Shown here one piece after another: positions 39,414-49,970 of a stretch of DNA of 64,000 nt. The first letter of the stretch is position 1. Each line of letters starts with the position of its first letter. The translations under genes were made by a program, and so were the position numbers. The stretch is taken from assembly GCA_031962025.1 (NCBI GenBank), contig JAVRKW010000004.1; one strand, 5' to 3'. The notes below the pieces were generated by a model, which did no database searches, was not told the origin of the DNA, and saw only the letters and a list, made by a program, of their open reading frames with translations. This DNA is from Pseudothermotoga sp. GTDB taxonomy: Bacteria > Thermotogota > Thermotogae > Thermotogales > DSM-5069.

Positions 39414-41620
39414 CAATTCGACCAGCCTCCAATGATGAATTCACAGAACAAAAGCCGGTAAAATCATCAAATTTGGTGTCTTTTGCGACCATCCTGCAGT
39501 TGGTCAAGACCAGGATGCAGCAGGGAAACATAACAGATTTTGTCAAAGTGAACGATTCCAGCCAGACAGCCAGTAAGGATTCTAAATCCACCGTTCAGCC
39601 AACTTCAGCCAAGGTACAGTTGCCAGATCAGAAAAATAACCCGCAAAAACTCGAGCTGCCTGTTCAGTCGCTTTTTGAAAGCAGGCAGACCTCTGATAAG
39701 AAAGAGCTGTTGGAAAATCAAACGGTCAAATCAGATCAACAAAGCCTTACAAAGTCAGATCAAATGAACGACAAACCTTCTCTAAACATGCAAAATCAAA
39801 AAGATTTTCAGACTCTCAAAAAAGTCGTTGAACACACCGCTCAAACCAGCCAGGATCTTCAAAATACCATAAACACACAACAAAAGACCATAAACACGCA
39901 AAACCAGAAAATTCAAGCTAACGAGAATATTCAAAGTACTATAAAACTGACAGAAAAAAAGACTGCGAGCACGCAGGATCAAAAAGTTCAAACCCAAGAT
40001 ATTCAAAAAGGTATTGTAAAACCAGCAGAACAAAAAGCTGCCAGCACACAAAACCAAAAAACTCAAGTTGAAAACTTTCAAAATACCATAAACACAGAAC
40101 AAAAGACCACAAATGCAAAAAATCAAAAAAATTTCCAGACTGACCAGAATCTTCAAAATACCATAAGCACAGAACAAAAAACTATAAACACACAAAACCA
40201 GAAAACTCAGGCTAACGAGGATATTCAAAGTACCGTAAAACTGACAGAAAAAAAGACTGCGAGCACGCAGGATCAAAAAGTTCAAACCCAAGATATTCAA
40301 AAAGGCATTGTAAAACCAGCAGAACAAAAAGCTGCCAGTACACAAAGCCAAAAAACTCAAATTGAAAACTTTCAAAATACCCTGAACACAGAACAAAAGG
40401 CCACAAATGCAAAAAATCAAAAAAATTTCCAGACTGACCAGAATTTTCAAAATACCATAAACACAGAACAAAAAACTGTGAGTACACAGAAACAGGTGAA
40501 TGAAACTGCATTTTTGCAGGACAAAGTGCACACATCTGTGCAGGATGTGCCTGTGAAACCTGCTGTGCAAAAAACCGATACACAGCAGGAAAACCAGGCA
40601 AAGAACGTGGATGGCAAATGGGATAAGATCGTTTTGCAGGTTGATGTAAAACCCGTTCAGGAGCAAAAAAATAAAGGATCAGGGCAAACAAAATCTGTTG
40701 AAACTCACGATCAACTTGGGATAAAAAGCGTCATTGATTATCCTGTTTCAAATGTTCAGACAGCGGCTGAAAGCACCCAGAAACTGAAAAACCTTTCAAC
40801 ACAGAACATTTCGCACGGTGTACTTGCTGAAAATGTAGTATCGAGTAAAAAGTCAGATCGATCAATCCAGCCTCAGACGTCTGTGACAGTCAGGCAAGCT
40901 CAGCTCATCGTTAAAAATGCGATTGTTCAGATTAGAGACAGCACCAGTGAATTCACGCAGTTCAGGCAGATCAAAAGGGAACTGCCAGATCAACTCAAGA
41001 CATCTCAGCCGATAAAGATAGAGAACTTCAAACTCGAGATAGCAAGAGATCTGAAAAAAGAAACAGCTCAGATCATTCAGCAGCCGCAGATGGAAAAATT
41101 AGAGCAAACTGAACAGGTTAAAGAGCTTTTGAATACAAAACTTGCCCATAAGACATACGAAAATGAAAATGAAAAGATACCGCAGAACCATCAGCAACTG
41201 GACAAAAGCATCGATTCTGTAATAGTGCGTGTGGAACAGGAACAAAAGAGTTCCAATATCCAGACCATCGCTGAAACGATAAAACAGATGCAGGATGGCT
41301 TAACGCAGAAGGCAACAGTGGATCTGACACCGCCAAATCTTGGAAAGGTTGAGATTGAAATTGTTAAACAGCAGGATAAACTGTTGATCACCCTGAAAGT
41401 TGCAACAGATGAAACCAGAGAAATGCTCGAGAAGAGCTCCAAAGACCTCATCTCAAGGTTGAACACACTTGGTTTCAAAGTTGAGCAGGTAGAAGTGAAG
41501 ATATCGCAGAAAACACAAGAAGATCAATTGAGCAAAGATCAACAACAGGATAGTCAGCATGAAAAAAGACAGAAAAAGCAACAGCAAAAGGAGGTGAATG
41601 AAGATGATCAACGCGATTGA
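39410..41620 (+). CDS. fliK: Flagellar hook-length control protein (start uncertain: ATA 39410 or TTG 39473)
   Basis: C-terminal LTPPNLGKVEIEI T3S4 domain; Q/T/K-rich; upstream of flgD. Confidence 0.85.
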   Translation: MTIRPASNDEFTEQKPVKSSNLVSFATILQLVKTRMQQGNITDFVKVNDSSQTASKDSKSTVQPTSAKVQLPDQKNNPQKLELPVQSLFESRQTSDKKELLENQTVKSDQQSLTKSDQMNDKPSLNMQNQKDFQTLKKVVEHTAQTSQDLQNTINTQQKTINTQNQKIQANENIQSTIKLTEKKTASTQDQKVQTQDIQKGIVKPAEQKAASTQNQKTQVENFQNTINTEQKTTNAKNQKNFQTDQNLQNTISTEQKTINTQNQKTQANEDIQSTVKLTEKKTASTQDQKVQTQDIQKGIVKPAEQKAASTQSQKTQIENFQNTLNTEQKATNAKNQKNFQTDQNFQNTINTEQKTVSTQKQVNETAFLQDKVHTSVQDVPVKPAVQKTDTQQENQAKNVDGKWDKIVLQVDVKPVQEQKNKGSGQTKSVETHDQLGIKSVIDYPVSNVQTAAESTQKLKNLSTQNISHGVLAENVVSSKKSDRSIQPQTSVTVRQAQLIVKNAIVQIRDSTSEFTQFRQIKRELPDQLKTSQPIKIENFKLEIARDLKKETAQIIQQPQMEKLEQTEQVKELLNTKLAHKTYENENEKIPQNHQQLDKSIDSVIVRVEQEQKSSNIQTIAETIKQMQDGLTQKATVDLTPPNLGKVEIEIVKQQDKLLITLKVATDETREMLEKSSKDLISRLNTLGFKVEQVEVKISQKTQEDQLSKDQQQDSQHEKRQKKQQQKEVNEDDQRD
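39851..40480 (+). repeat. 294-bp (98-aa) tandem repeat in fliK, about 2.1 copies, built from about 24-aa subunits
   Basis: Units start at 39851, 40145 and 40439 (CAGxATxTTCAAAATACCATAA). Confidence 0.9.
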
Positions 41621-42272
41621 TTATTCTTATTCAAATTACACAACAACTCAAAGAACGGCAAGCAATAAACTGGACAAACAGGCTTTTCTGCTTTTGTTGA
41701 TCACCGAGCTGAAAAACCAGAACCCGCTTGATCCGATGGATAACAAAGATTTCATCGCTCAGCTCACACAATTTTCTACGCTGGAACAGATAACGAACAT
41801 GACACAATCCATACAGGATTTTCTGGCACTTCAGAAGGGAGCGCTTCAGGCTCAGTCCGCATCGTTGATAGGAAAATACGCCGTTGTCCAGACAAACCAG
41901 ATAGCCGTGAAAAACGGTTCGGCAGAGAGCATAGTCTTTGAATTGGACCAAGCCGCACCTGTGGTTGTACGTATCTACGATTCAAACGGGAATCTGGTGA
42001 AAGAAGCCACTTCAGGTTCTCTTGATGCGGGAGCACATGCATACGTATGGGATGCAAGAGACAACAGCGGCTTGCCTGTGCCGGATGGTACTTACAGCTA
42101 TACTGTTTCAAAAATCAACCCGGACGGCAGTGAAACAGAGATAGGTGGAGTGGAAAGCGGAAAGATAGAGTCGGTGAAATTCAAAAACAACCAGATCTAT
42201 GTGTACATAAACTCCAAAGAATATCCGCTTGCTTCAATCGTTGAAATTTTACAGGAGGGTGATAACACATGA
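41598..42272 (+). CDS. flgD: Flagellar hook cap protein
   Basis: FLLLLITELKNQNPLDPMD..FIAQLTQFS; FlgD Ig domain WDARD..G..VPDGTY. Confidence 0.95.
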   Translation: MKMINAIDYSYSNYTTTQRTASNKLDKQAFLLLLITELKNQNPLDPMDNKDFIAQLTQFSTLEQITNMTQSIQDFLALQKGALQAQSASLIGKYAVVQTNQIAVKNGSAESIVFELDQAAPVVVRIYDSNGNLVKEATSGSLDAGAHAYVWDARDNSGLPVPDGTYSYTVSKINPDGSETEIGGVESGKIESVKFKNNQIYVYINSKEYPLASIVEILQEGDNT

Positions 42273-44155
42273 TGCGATCTATGTTCAGCGGTGTTGCTGG
42301 AATGAAAAATTTCCAGTACGAGATCGATGTTGTCGGCAACAACATAGCAAATGTGAACACAGTGGGTTTTAAAGGGTCCCGTGTCACCTTTCAAACGGCG
42401 CTTTCTCAAACTCTAAAAGCCGCGAGAAGTCCTCAGAACAACATAGGCGGTACGAATGCAATTCAAATTGGTCTGGGATCACAGCTTGCCACGATTGATA
42501 AAATAATGTCTCAGGGCTCTTTCGAAAACACCGGAAATAAAACAGATCTTGCCATTCAGGGTGATGGGTTTTTCGTTTTGAGCAACGGCTCTCAGTACTA
42601 TTACACTCGAGCTGGATCGCTGACCGTTGACTCAAATGGTACACTTATACAGAGTTCCACCGGCTTTAAAGTTCAGGGCTGGAGAGCAATACAGGATCCA
42701 GCCACCGGTACAAGATATGTCGACACCAACAGACCAATTGGAGATATCATAATAAGCGCCGGAATGACAATGCCCGCAAATGCGACGACCAACGCGGCAA
42801 TGGGAGGAAATCTCAGTTCTTCTGTTGGACCAACACCATTCTCAATGACAGTTACCGATAAAGATGGAAATGAACATTCTGTGAGATTTGTCTTTTCAAA
42901 AACCGACGGTGATTTCGTCAGACAGACAGATCCATTTTCAACCAAACAGAGCTACACATGGACAGCTTATGATAAGAACAACAATGTTTTAGCCATAGGA
43001 TACATAGTCATGAACCAGTACGGTAATGTAGATGAATCTGGAGTTTACAGATCATTAAATGCCACAGCTACTGCAGATGGTCAGCTCACGCAAGGTGATA
43101 TACAATCAGGTACTGTTCCAAATGATGGAGATTATTATACAGTTGTGCTTGACGAAAATGGCAAAGTGATTTACAGTGGCAGTGTACAAGTAACTGGTGG
43201 AAATTTCACAATAAGCGATAGTGATATTGTTAAGGATAAGGAATATACTATAATTTTTTCAGCTGGTGATGAATTCACCGTTGCTGATGGTGCAAATATC
43301 TCAATTCCAACAGCCGGTGAAGCGAGGTTTTATGAATCAGACAATCCATCAAATTACAACGTGCTTTCTTATTCAAGTCCAAAGTACGTAACAGCAGTTC
43401 AGATGTATGACTCACTTGGTAATCCCTATTCAGTCTATCTGGAGTTCACAAGAATAGGTGAATTTGGTGATATGAAAAACGCCTGGGTGTGGAGAGCTTA
43501 TACGGCAAGCGGTGAGCCAATAACATATCTTGATGCAAACAGCCAGAGCGGTGATGGAACAAACGATTATGTTGGTGGAATTATCAACTTCAACGAATCT
43601 GGAAGAATCAGCGGCATGTATGGAATTACATGGGATGGCAATAGCCTTACAGTTGGTAATACCGAACTTAGAACGATCAGTTTTTCTGCATCTCACCGCG
43701 GTGATAGCAATGTTACTGCGACAATTGATTTTTCTTCACTGACTCAGTTTTCTGGAAGTAATTCTGCTGCTTTTACTTATCAAAATGGCAACGCGCTTGG
43801 AACACTTCAGTCTTTTGCAATAAACGAAAATGGTGAAATCATAGGAACATTCAGTAACGGCTTGACAGATATTCTTGGTCAGATAGCTCTTGCAGTTTTC
43901 AACAACCCGGCAGGTCTTACAGACATAGGTAATTCTCTGTACACTGTATCTTCAAACAGCGGTCTTGCACAGATTGGAACTGCTGGAAGCGGAGGAAGAG
44001 GTACACTGATACCGGGTGCTCTTGAAATGTCAAATGTTGATCTTGCAGAAGAATTCACAAAGATGATCATAGCCCAGCGTGGCTTTCAGGCGAATGCAAG
44101 GGTGATAACAACGGCAGATACGATCCTGGGTGAACTTGTCGCGTTGAGAAGATAA
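42269..44155 (+). CDS. flgE: Flagellar hook protein
   Basis: GNNIANVNTVGFK, DLAIQGDGFF, YTRAG, LEMSNVDLAEEF. Confidence 0.96.
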   Translation: MMRSMFSGVAGMKNFQYEIDVVGNNIANVNTVGFKGSRVTFQTALSQTLKAARSPQNNIGGTNAIQIGLGSQLATIDKIMSQGSFENTGNKTDLAIQGDGFFVLSNGSQYYYTRAGSLTVDSNGTLIQSSTGFKVQGWRAIQDPATGTRYVDTNRPIGDIIISAGMTMPANATTNAAMGGNLSSSVGPTPFSMTVTDKDGNEHSVRFVFSKTDGDFVRQTDPFSTKQSYTWTAYDKNNNVLAIGYIVMNQYGNVDESGVYRSLNATATADGQLTQGDIQSGTVPNDGDYYTVVLDENGKVIYSGSVQVTGGNFTISDSDIVKDKEYTIIFSAGDEFTVADGANISIPTAGEARFYESDNPSNYNVLSYSSPKYVTAVQMYDSLGNPYSVYLEFTRIGEFGDMKNAWVWRAYTASGEPITYLDANSQSGDGTNDYVGGIINFNESGRISGMYGITWDGNSLTVGNTELRTISFSASHRGDSNVTATIDFSSLTQFSGSNSAAFTYQNGNALGTLQSFAINENGEIIGTFSNGLTDILGQIALAVFNNPAGLTDIGNSLYTVSSNSGLAQIGTAGSGGRGTLIPGALEMSNVDLAEEFTKMIIAQRGFQANARVITTADTILGELVALRR

Positions 44156-44166
44156 GGTGATATTGA

Positions 44167-44394
44167 ATGATATGGCTCACGCACTTACGTGGTAGGCAAT
44201 TTGTTTTGAACGCCGAGATGATCGAATCGATTGAAGCATTGCCAGACACGACTATCACGCTGTTCAACGGCAGAAAGTACATAGTTCAGGAAAGAGTCGA
44301 AGAAGTTATTTCAAAGGTGATAGAATACAAAAAGCAGGCATATCCTGTGCTTGATCTTCTAAAATACTTACCTCATCAGCAGGTAGGTGATTAG
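44167..44394 (+). CDS. flbD: Flagellar FlbD/SwrD family protein
   Basis: MIWLT.L.G..FVLNAEMIE.IE..PDTTITL.NG.KY.V.E. Confidence 0.9.
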   Translation: MIWLTHLRGRQFVLNAEMIESIEALPDTTITLFNGRKYIVQERVEEVISKVIEYKKQAYPVLDLLKYLPHQQVGD

Positions 44395-45183
44395 ATGGAT
44401 ATTTCGACAATACTTGGAATTGGTCTGGCATTTGGAATGATCGCTTTTGGAATTATCTCAAACCAGTCTTCTTTGATGACCTACTACAATTTGCCATCGC
44501 TTTTCATAACAGTTGGTGGAGCACTGGCTTCCACCATCGCTTCACATCCAAAAGAGAAGAGTTTTAAGATCATTCAGGTCATGCTGTCAACTGTTAAGGA
44601 ACCAAAGGTCGACAACATAGGACTTGTCAGAACACTCGTGTCTTTTTCAGAAAAGGCACGGCGTGAAGGGTTGCTGTCCTTAGAAGAAAACCTGAACGAG
44701 ATAGATGATCCGTTCATGAAAAAAGCAGTCCAGCTTGTGATCGATGGAACAGATCCAGATCTTTTGAGAAGTATGATGGAAACAGAGATGGATTTGATTG
44801 AGGAAGATTTTGCGGCGGAAAAAGCCCTGATGGATTCTGCCGGAGCTTTTGCACCGGCTTATGGAATGATCGGAACACTCATAGGTTTGATAGCCATGCT
44901 CAAGACCTTGAACAACCCTGAAACACTTGGACCTGGTATGTCTGTTGCATTGATAACGACTTTTTATGGCTCCATTCTTTCAAACAGTATATTTTTGCCG
45001 ATGGGAGAAAAAATAGGACGCAGAGCCACCAAAATTTTGAGACAAAAACAGATGATTTTAGAGGGTGTTCTTTCAATTCAAGCAGGAGAAAACCCAAGAG
45101 TCCTGGAAGAAAAACTCAAATCGTTCTTGAGCATTCAGGAAAAGGCAGCTTATGAAGCGGCTACTGGGGAGGCAACCGCTTAA
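44395..45183 (+). CDS. motA: Flagellar stator protein A
   Basis: ARREGLLSLE, APAYGMIGTLIGL, ALITTFYG, GENP. Confidence 0.95.
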   Translation: MDISTILGIGLAFGMIAFGIISNQSSLMTYYNLPSLFITVGGALASTIASHPKEKSFKIIQVMLSTVKEPKVDNIGLVRTLVSFSEKARREGLLSLEENLNEIDDPFMKKAVQLVIDGTDPDLLRSMMETEMDLIEEDFAAEKALMDSAGAFAPAYGMIGTLIGLIAMLKTLNNPETLGPGMSVALITTFYGSILSNSIFLPMGEKIGRRATKILRQKQMILEGVLSIQAGENPRVLEEKLKSFLSIQEKAAYEAATGEATA

Positions 45184-46052
45184 TGCCAAGAAGAAAAAAA
45201 CAACCTGAGGCGCCAAAAGGTAGCTGGCTCACAACATACGGCGATATGGTGACCCTGCTTTTGACTTTTTTCGTTTTGCTGTTTTCAATGGCTACCATAA
45301 GTCCCGGGAAGTTTCAACAGGTGGCGGTTGGAATAAGATCGGCTTTGACAGGTATGCCTCCAAGTGTTTTAACAGGTGGAAAAAGTCTTTCAGAAGAGCC
45401 ACTGATAACTTCCCAGAGGGGAGTGTATCAGGAACTGATAAGGATTGCCGAAGAGTACAAAGGCAAGATAACCATTCAGGAAAGGGATGAAGGAACAGTT
45501 ATAATCATGCAGGACATGGCATTTTTCGCACCAGGTACGGCGAAATTGACCACAGAAGCGAAAGAATTGTTGGGGCGAATTGGTTCAATTGTGATAGAGC
45601 ACACAACTAATGTTCTTCAGATTTATGGCTATACTGATGATCAACCTGTTTTAGAAGATTCTATCTACGCATCCAACTGGCATTTGAGCACGGCAAGGGC
45701 ATCGAGTGTTGTACAGTTTTTCACAGAAGAGCTGAAAAAGCGCAGGTCCATAGAAAGATTGGCAGATATCAGATCGGGCAGGTTTGATCCAGAGTATTTC
45801 TACGACCAGCAAAGATTCTATCCAATAGGTATGGGAGAATGGCCGATAAAAAAAGAGATAGAAGCACTGCAAAATTATATAGACAGTGAAAAACAACTTG
45901 CCGCAATGAAGTATCAACAGGGTCAAATCGATCAGAAAACATACGATCAGACTCTGGCTGATTTGAGCAGTCAGTACTCAAAGCGATTGGTGCAGTTGAG
46001 AAATGAGTATAGAAGGATTGATATACTTATAAAAAGAGAAAAGGCAAAGTAG
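45183..46052 (+). CDS. motB: Flagellar stator protein B
   Basis: WLTTYGDMVTLLLTFFVLL; OmpA-like GYTD...NWHLSTARA; RRIDI. Confidence 0.95.
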   Translation: MPRRKKQPEAPKGSWLTTYGDMVTLLLTFFVLLFSMATISPGKFQQVAVGIRSALTGMPPSVLTGGKSLSEEPLITSQRGVYQELIRIAEEYKGKITIQERDEGTVIIMQDMAFFAPGTAKLTTEAKELLGRIGSIVIEHTTNVLQIYGYTDDQPVLEDSIYASNWHLSTARASSVVQFFTEELKKRRSIERLADIRSGRFDPEYFYDQQRFYPIGMGEWPIKKEIEALQNYIDSEKQLAAMKYQQGQIDQKTYDQTLADLSSQYSKRLVQLRNEYRRIDILIKREKAK

Positions 46053-46060
46053 GTGATTAT

Positions 46061-46561
46061 ATGGCAGAAGAAGAAGAAAAGAAAAAAAGAAATCTTGGTG
46101 GTTTGTTGATGATGATTCTCATTCCAGCCGTCGTCGCTGTTGGGGCGACGATAGCGACTGTAATGATTCTTGGCACGAATTTGACTCCAAAAAAAGACCA
46201 AACCGCAACGGCAACAACTCCTGTTGAAATAAAGGCTGTTCTCATACAACCTGGAACCTACACAACCTTTATGCTAAAAGGTGGTAAGGATGTAGTGGTG
46301 ATCGATTCGCTGACCTTCACGGTGGCAAGCGATGCCTGCAGGGCAGAAATTGCAAACAAGAATGATCAAATTATGGACGGCTTGATGCTCATTTTTCTCA
46401 GTAAGGAAAAATCTGAACTGAACACAGCCGCCGGCATCGAACTTCTTAAAAAGCAAATCAGAGCGATGGTGAATGAAATTACAGGTTTTACCGGAGACAA
46501 GGAAAGACTTGGCGTGGTTGGAGTTTACCTTTATATCAAAGCCATCAGTTCTGTTGAATGA
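46061..46561 (+). CDS. fliL: Flagellar basal-body protein
   Basis: N-terminal TM; IMD...FL.K...LN...G.E.LK..I; between motB and fliM. Confidence 0.8.
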   Translation: MAEEEEKKKRNLGGLLMMILIPAVVAVGATIATVMILGTNLTPKKDQTATATTPVEIKAVLIQPGTYTTFMLKGGKDVVVIDSLTFTVASDACRAEIANKNDQIMDGLMLIFLSKEKSELNTAAGIELLKKQIRAMVNEITGFTGDKERLGVVGVYLYIKAISSVE

Positions 46562-46572
46562 GGGGTGATGGC

Positions 46573-47565
46573 GTGACAGATGTTCTGAGCCAAGAAGAAA
46601 TAGATAGGCTTTTGCAGGCAGTCAGTTCCGGTGAAGTATCGATAGAAGAGATCAAAAAAGAAGAGGAAAAAAAGGTAAAACCATACGATTTTAGAAGACC
46701 AAGCAAGTTTTCCAAAGAGCACATCAGAGTCTTTGATATGATCCATGAAAACTTCGCAAGATCTGTTTCTACATATCTTTCCGGAAGAGTTCGAACTTTC
46801 ACAAATATCAATCTTGCAAGTATAGATCAAATATCATACGAAGAATTCATAAGGTCTCTACCAACACCATCTTTCATAGTGGTGTTCACTGCACCTGAAT
46901 TTGTCGGAAATGCAATTATGGAGATGAATCTTGAGGTTTTCTACACAATACTGGATCTGATTCTGGGTGGTCCAGGTATTCCGCACGTGAAACGCACACC
47001 GTCGGATATAGAGACATCCATAATGAGAAAAGAGATCATCAACATACTGACCAATCTCGCTCAAGCCTGGAGTGAAGTTTACCACTTTGTCCCGAGTATT
47101 GAGAGTATTGAAAACAATCCCCAGTTTGTGCAGATCGCTCCTCCAAACGAAATGGTACTCCTGGTGTCTTTATTTGTTACCATAGGCAAAACAGAGGGGT
47201 TTCTGAACGTGTGCTGGCCCTCTTCACTGACAGAACCTTTCATGGATAGGTTGACCTCAAGAAGCTGGTTTACCACAAAACGCGAACAAATCTCCGAGAA
47301 AATGATTGAGGATTTAAAGCAAAATATCAAAACAATGAATGTGACTCTGTCGGCGATCCTGGGTGAAACCACGTTGACCGTAAAAGAGATACTGGATCTT
47401 GAAGTGGGCGATGTAATAAGATTGAAAACGCATAAAGATGACCAGATAGTGGTTGAAGTACAGCAAAAGGCAAAGTTCATGGCTCAACCGGGAACTTTCA
47501 AGGGACACAGAGCTGTGAAAGTAACCAAAATTCTAAAGCCGGAGGTGGAAGAAGATGAACAGTGA
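46573..47565 (+). CDS. fliM: Flagellar motor switch protein
   Basis: VLSQEEIDRLL, YDFRRPSKFSKE, NPQFVQI, SpoA domain. Confidence 0.95.
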   Translation: MTDVLSQEEIDRLLQAVSSGEVSIEEIKKEEEKKVKPYDFRRPSKFSKEHIRVFDMIHENFARSVSTYLSGRVRTFTNINLASIDQISYEEFIRSLPTPSFIVVFTAPEFVGNAIMEMNLEVFYTILDLILGGPGIPHVKRTPSDIETSIMRKEIINILTNLAQAWSEVYHFVPSIESIENNPQFVQIAPPNEMVLLVSLFVTIGKTEGFLNVCWPSSLTEPFMDRLTSRSWFTTKREQISEKMIEDLKQNIKTMNVTLSAILGETTLTVKEILDLEVGDVIRLKTHKDDQIVVEVQQKAKFMAQPGTFKGHRAVKVTKILKPEVEEDEQ

Positions 47566-48583
47566 CTTTCTCACGCAGGATGAGCTGAACGAACTTTTAA
47601 AGAACCTGAGTGAGGATCTCAGCGAAGATGATAAAAAGAAAGTAATTGAGATATGTGATACGATAATGAATTCGTCTGTTGTGGCGCTTGGAATTGTAAT
47701 TGGCAGAGAAGTGAAATTTTCCCTAAAAGAGATATCAAGCAAAGCGTTGAAAGATCTGCTCGAATCTATTCAGGAAGACATGGTCAGCGCTGAAATAGAA
47801 TTTGCCGATGGAGTAAAAGGTGATCTTCTATTTCTGTTCCCACAGTCCCTTGGTGCTCGCATAGCCGATATGATGATGGGTGGTTCAGGTGAGCCAGAGA
47901 GCTTTGAACTGGATGAAGTGAGAATCAGTGCGATAACAGAGACTATGAATCAAATGATGGGTGCTGCAACTACTTCACTCTCAGAGAAGACAAAGAAAAA
48001 AGTATCAATTGCAAACATGAAGGTCAATCTTTTGAAAAAAGGCTCCGAACCACAGCTGGTTTTCAACCCGGCGCAGATATTAACATGTGTCACTTATGAT
48101 GTTGAAATTGAAAATGGCAAATCTTCAACGATGTTTTTACTATCAACGCTGTCGTTTTTCAAGGATATCTACGAAACCATCCATCCTCAAATTCAAAAAA
48201 GTGAGCCGGCTAAGCCAAAGAAAGAAGAGGCGAAGGTTAAGGTACAGCCAGTTCAGTTTCAGGAGCTCAGTCAGCAGCAGAGCACAGTTACACCATCATC
48301 GGAGCTTTCAGGTAAATTGGAGTTGCTCTTAGATGTACCTTTAAAGGTTGTGGTCGAACTTGGACGCGCTAAGATGACTCTAAAACAGGTTCTTGAGATG
48401 AATATTGGTTCTTTAATAGAACTTGACAAGCTCACCGGCGAACCGGTCGATATACTGGTCAACGGCAGGCTCATAGCAAGAGGAGAGGTTGTTGTAATCG
48501 ATGAGAATTTTGGTGTTAGAATAACAGAGATAGTCAGTCCAAAACAGAGGATATATTCTATAAGGGAGACGAACGGCGTCTGA
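47555..48583 (+). CDS. fliY: Flagellar switch protein FliY/FliN (CheC + SpoA domains)
   Basis: LTQDELNELL, ETMNQMMG, C-terminal LLDVPL..ELG...GEVVVIDENFGVRI. Confidence 0.9.
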   Translation: MNSDFLTQDELNELLKNLSEDLSEDDKKKVIEICDTIMNSSVVALGIVIGREVKFSLKEISSKALKDLLESIQEDMVSAEIEFADGVKGDLLFLFPQSLGARIADMMMGGSGEPESFELDEVRISAITETMNQMMGAATTSLSEKTKKKVSIANMKVNLLKKGSEPQLVFNPAQILTCVTYDVEIENGKSSTMFLLSTLSFFKDIYETIHPQIQKSEPAKPKKEEAKVKVQPVQFQELSQQQSTVTPSSELSGKLELLLDVPLKVVVELGRAKMTLKQVLEMNIGSLIELDKLTGEPVDILVNGRLIARGEVVVIDENFGVRITEIVSPKQRIYSIRETNGV

Positions 48584-49179
48584 TGAGAAAAACAGTGGTA
48601 TTTGTAATATCGTTTTTCGCACTGACAGTTATCGCAAATCCCGTTCTGGATCTTGTTGAGAACATAGCCGGTGTTAGAGATATTTTCGTTGAATTTGAAC
48701 TGTTGATGCGTGTAAAAAACCAGGAAAAGTTTCAGGAATCTTCTATCAGCGGCGATCTTGCCATAAGAAACCTTGAAGACTTTTATTTATTGATAAAAGA
48801 ACCATCTGTCATTTCTCAGCTGTCTTTTGCATACATCTCCAGAACCAAACGACTCTATTCCGCATTTCCCGGATATCTGGACATGGAAAATATAGAGGTA
48901 CCCATAACCAATTTCATAGAGTTTTTTCAGAATATTTTGAAAATAATACAAACGCCGGTCGTAGTAACCAGTTTCGATGGTGATACCGTAACAGTAAGCC
49001 CGACTGCTCTTGTTGCTGGAAAATCCAAGGACCCTGTTGTTTTCAAAATGAAAATAAAAAATGGCTTTATTCAGGAACTAATGATAACCAGTAAGGATGA
49101 AAGCGAATACATAAAGGTGAAGATCAACAAAATGTCTTTAAATGCTGATGTTGATAAGTACTTTTACTTTGCACGCTGA
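48583..49179 (+). CDS. Exported hypothetical protein, possibly LolA-like fold
   Basis: Signal peptide; beta-rich. Confidence 0.55.
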   Translation: MRKTVVFVISFFALTVIANPVLDLVENIAGVRDIFVEFELLMRVKNQEKFQESSISGDLAIRNLEDFYLLIKEPSVISQLSFAYISRTKRLYSAFPGYLDMENIEVPITNFIEFFQNILKIIQTPVVVTSFDGDTVTVSPTALVAGKSKDPVVFKMKIKNGFIQELMITSKDESEYIKVKINKMSLNADVDKYFYFAR

Positions 49180-49913
49180 ACCATCAGATTCTCAAGCCCC
49201 CAGGAAAACAGTTCCGGGAACCCCCTTTTTGAGAAATTCTGGTCGGATAATATCTCTGCGTAGGTAATAGTTCCTTCAACAAGGCGCTGAATTTTTGTGA
49301 GATACTTTATCATCAGATCTAAACAGCTTTTGTCGGAGAAATTTCCATGACCGGGTATGATCAGATCAGCCCTGTATTTTTTCAGCTCTTCAAGGGCATT
49401 CAACCACAGTTCCAGATCGCTGTCCTGTACAATTTCAGCATGAAAACCGTTGAAGACAAGATCACCGGTTATTAAGATTCTCTCCTGTTCGAAGAACACT
49501 ATCGAAGAATCTGGCGTATGCCCACCCACTCTTTTGATCAGTACCTGATCCTGCCTGTATTCGTCTTCGAATGTGACTGAAGCCGGTACAAGTTTGCCGG
49601 ACAAAGGTAGGTCTTTCAGGTACTGTTCGTCCATGAGCATCATTTTTTCGCGCGTCAGGCTTGAAGAAATTATTTGTTTGTCCTGGAAAACAAGATTGCC
49701 GAAGGTGTGATCGGGATGATAATGTGTGTTCACCAAAAAGAGAATATCTTTCTTGAGCAAGTTCTCAACAAACTCACGAATCTTCTGAGATTTTTCTGCG
49801 AACAACGATGTATCTACAATGATTGCGCCTTTTGGCTGTACAACCACAACGACATTTGCAGATCCTTCCGCACCTATAACAAAAACCCTTTCATTGATCT
49901 TTTGAATCATCAA
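49164..49913 (-). CDS. Metallo-beta-lactamase-fold hydrolase
   Basis: NTHYHPDH, GGHTPD, TGDL, IPGHG. Confidence 0.9.
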   Translation of the reverse strand: MMIQKINERVFVIGAEGSANVVVVVQPKGAIIVDTSLFAEKSQKIREFVENLLKKDILFLVNTHYHPDHTFGNLVFQDKQIISSSLTREKMMLMDEQYLKDLPLSGKLVPASVTFEDEYRQDQVLIKRVGGHTPDSSIVFFEQERILITGDLVFNGFHAEIVQDSDLELWLNALEELKKYRADLIIPGHGNFSDKSCLDLMIKYLTKIQRLVEGTITYAEILSDQNFSKRGFPELFSWGLENLMVQRAK

Positions 49914-49970
49914 AATCCTCCCATTTGGTATAATCTCAATGTATCATTCTTCGGAGAGGGATGTTTTTCC

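Noticed and set aside
39851..40480. Possible CRISPR-like array
   Set aside because: Repeats are in-frame coding units without unique spacers; no cas genes in the window
39782..40691. Long antisense ORFs (294 aa and 159 aa) opposite fliK
   Set aside because: Shadow of the low-complexity tandem repeat; no SD, implausible composition
49674..49970. N-terminal extension of csaB
   Set aside because: Overlaps the opposite-strand MBL gene; the true start is likely TTG 49971
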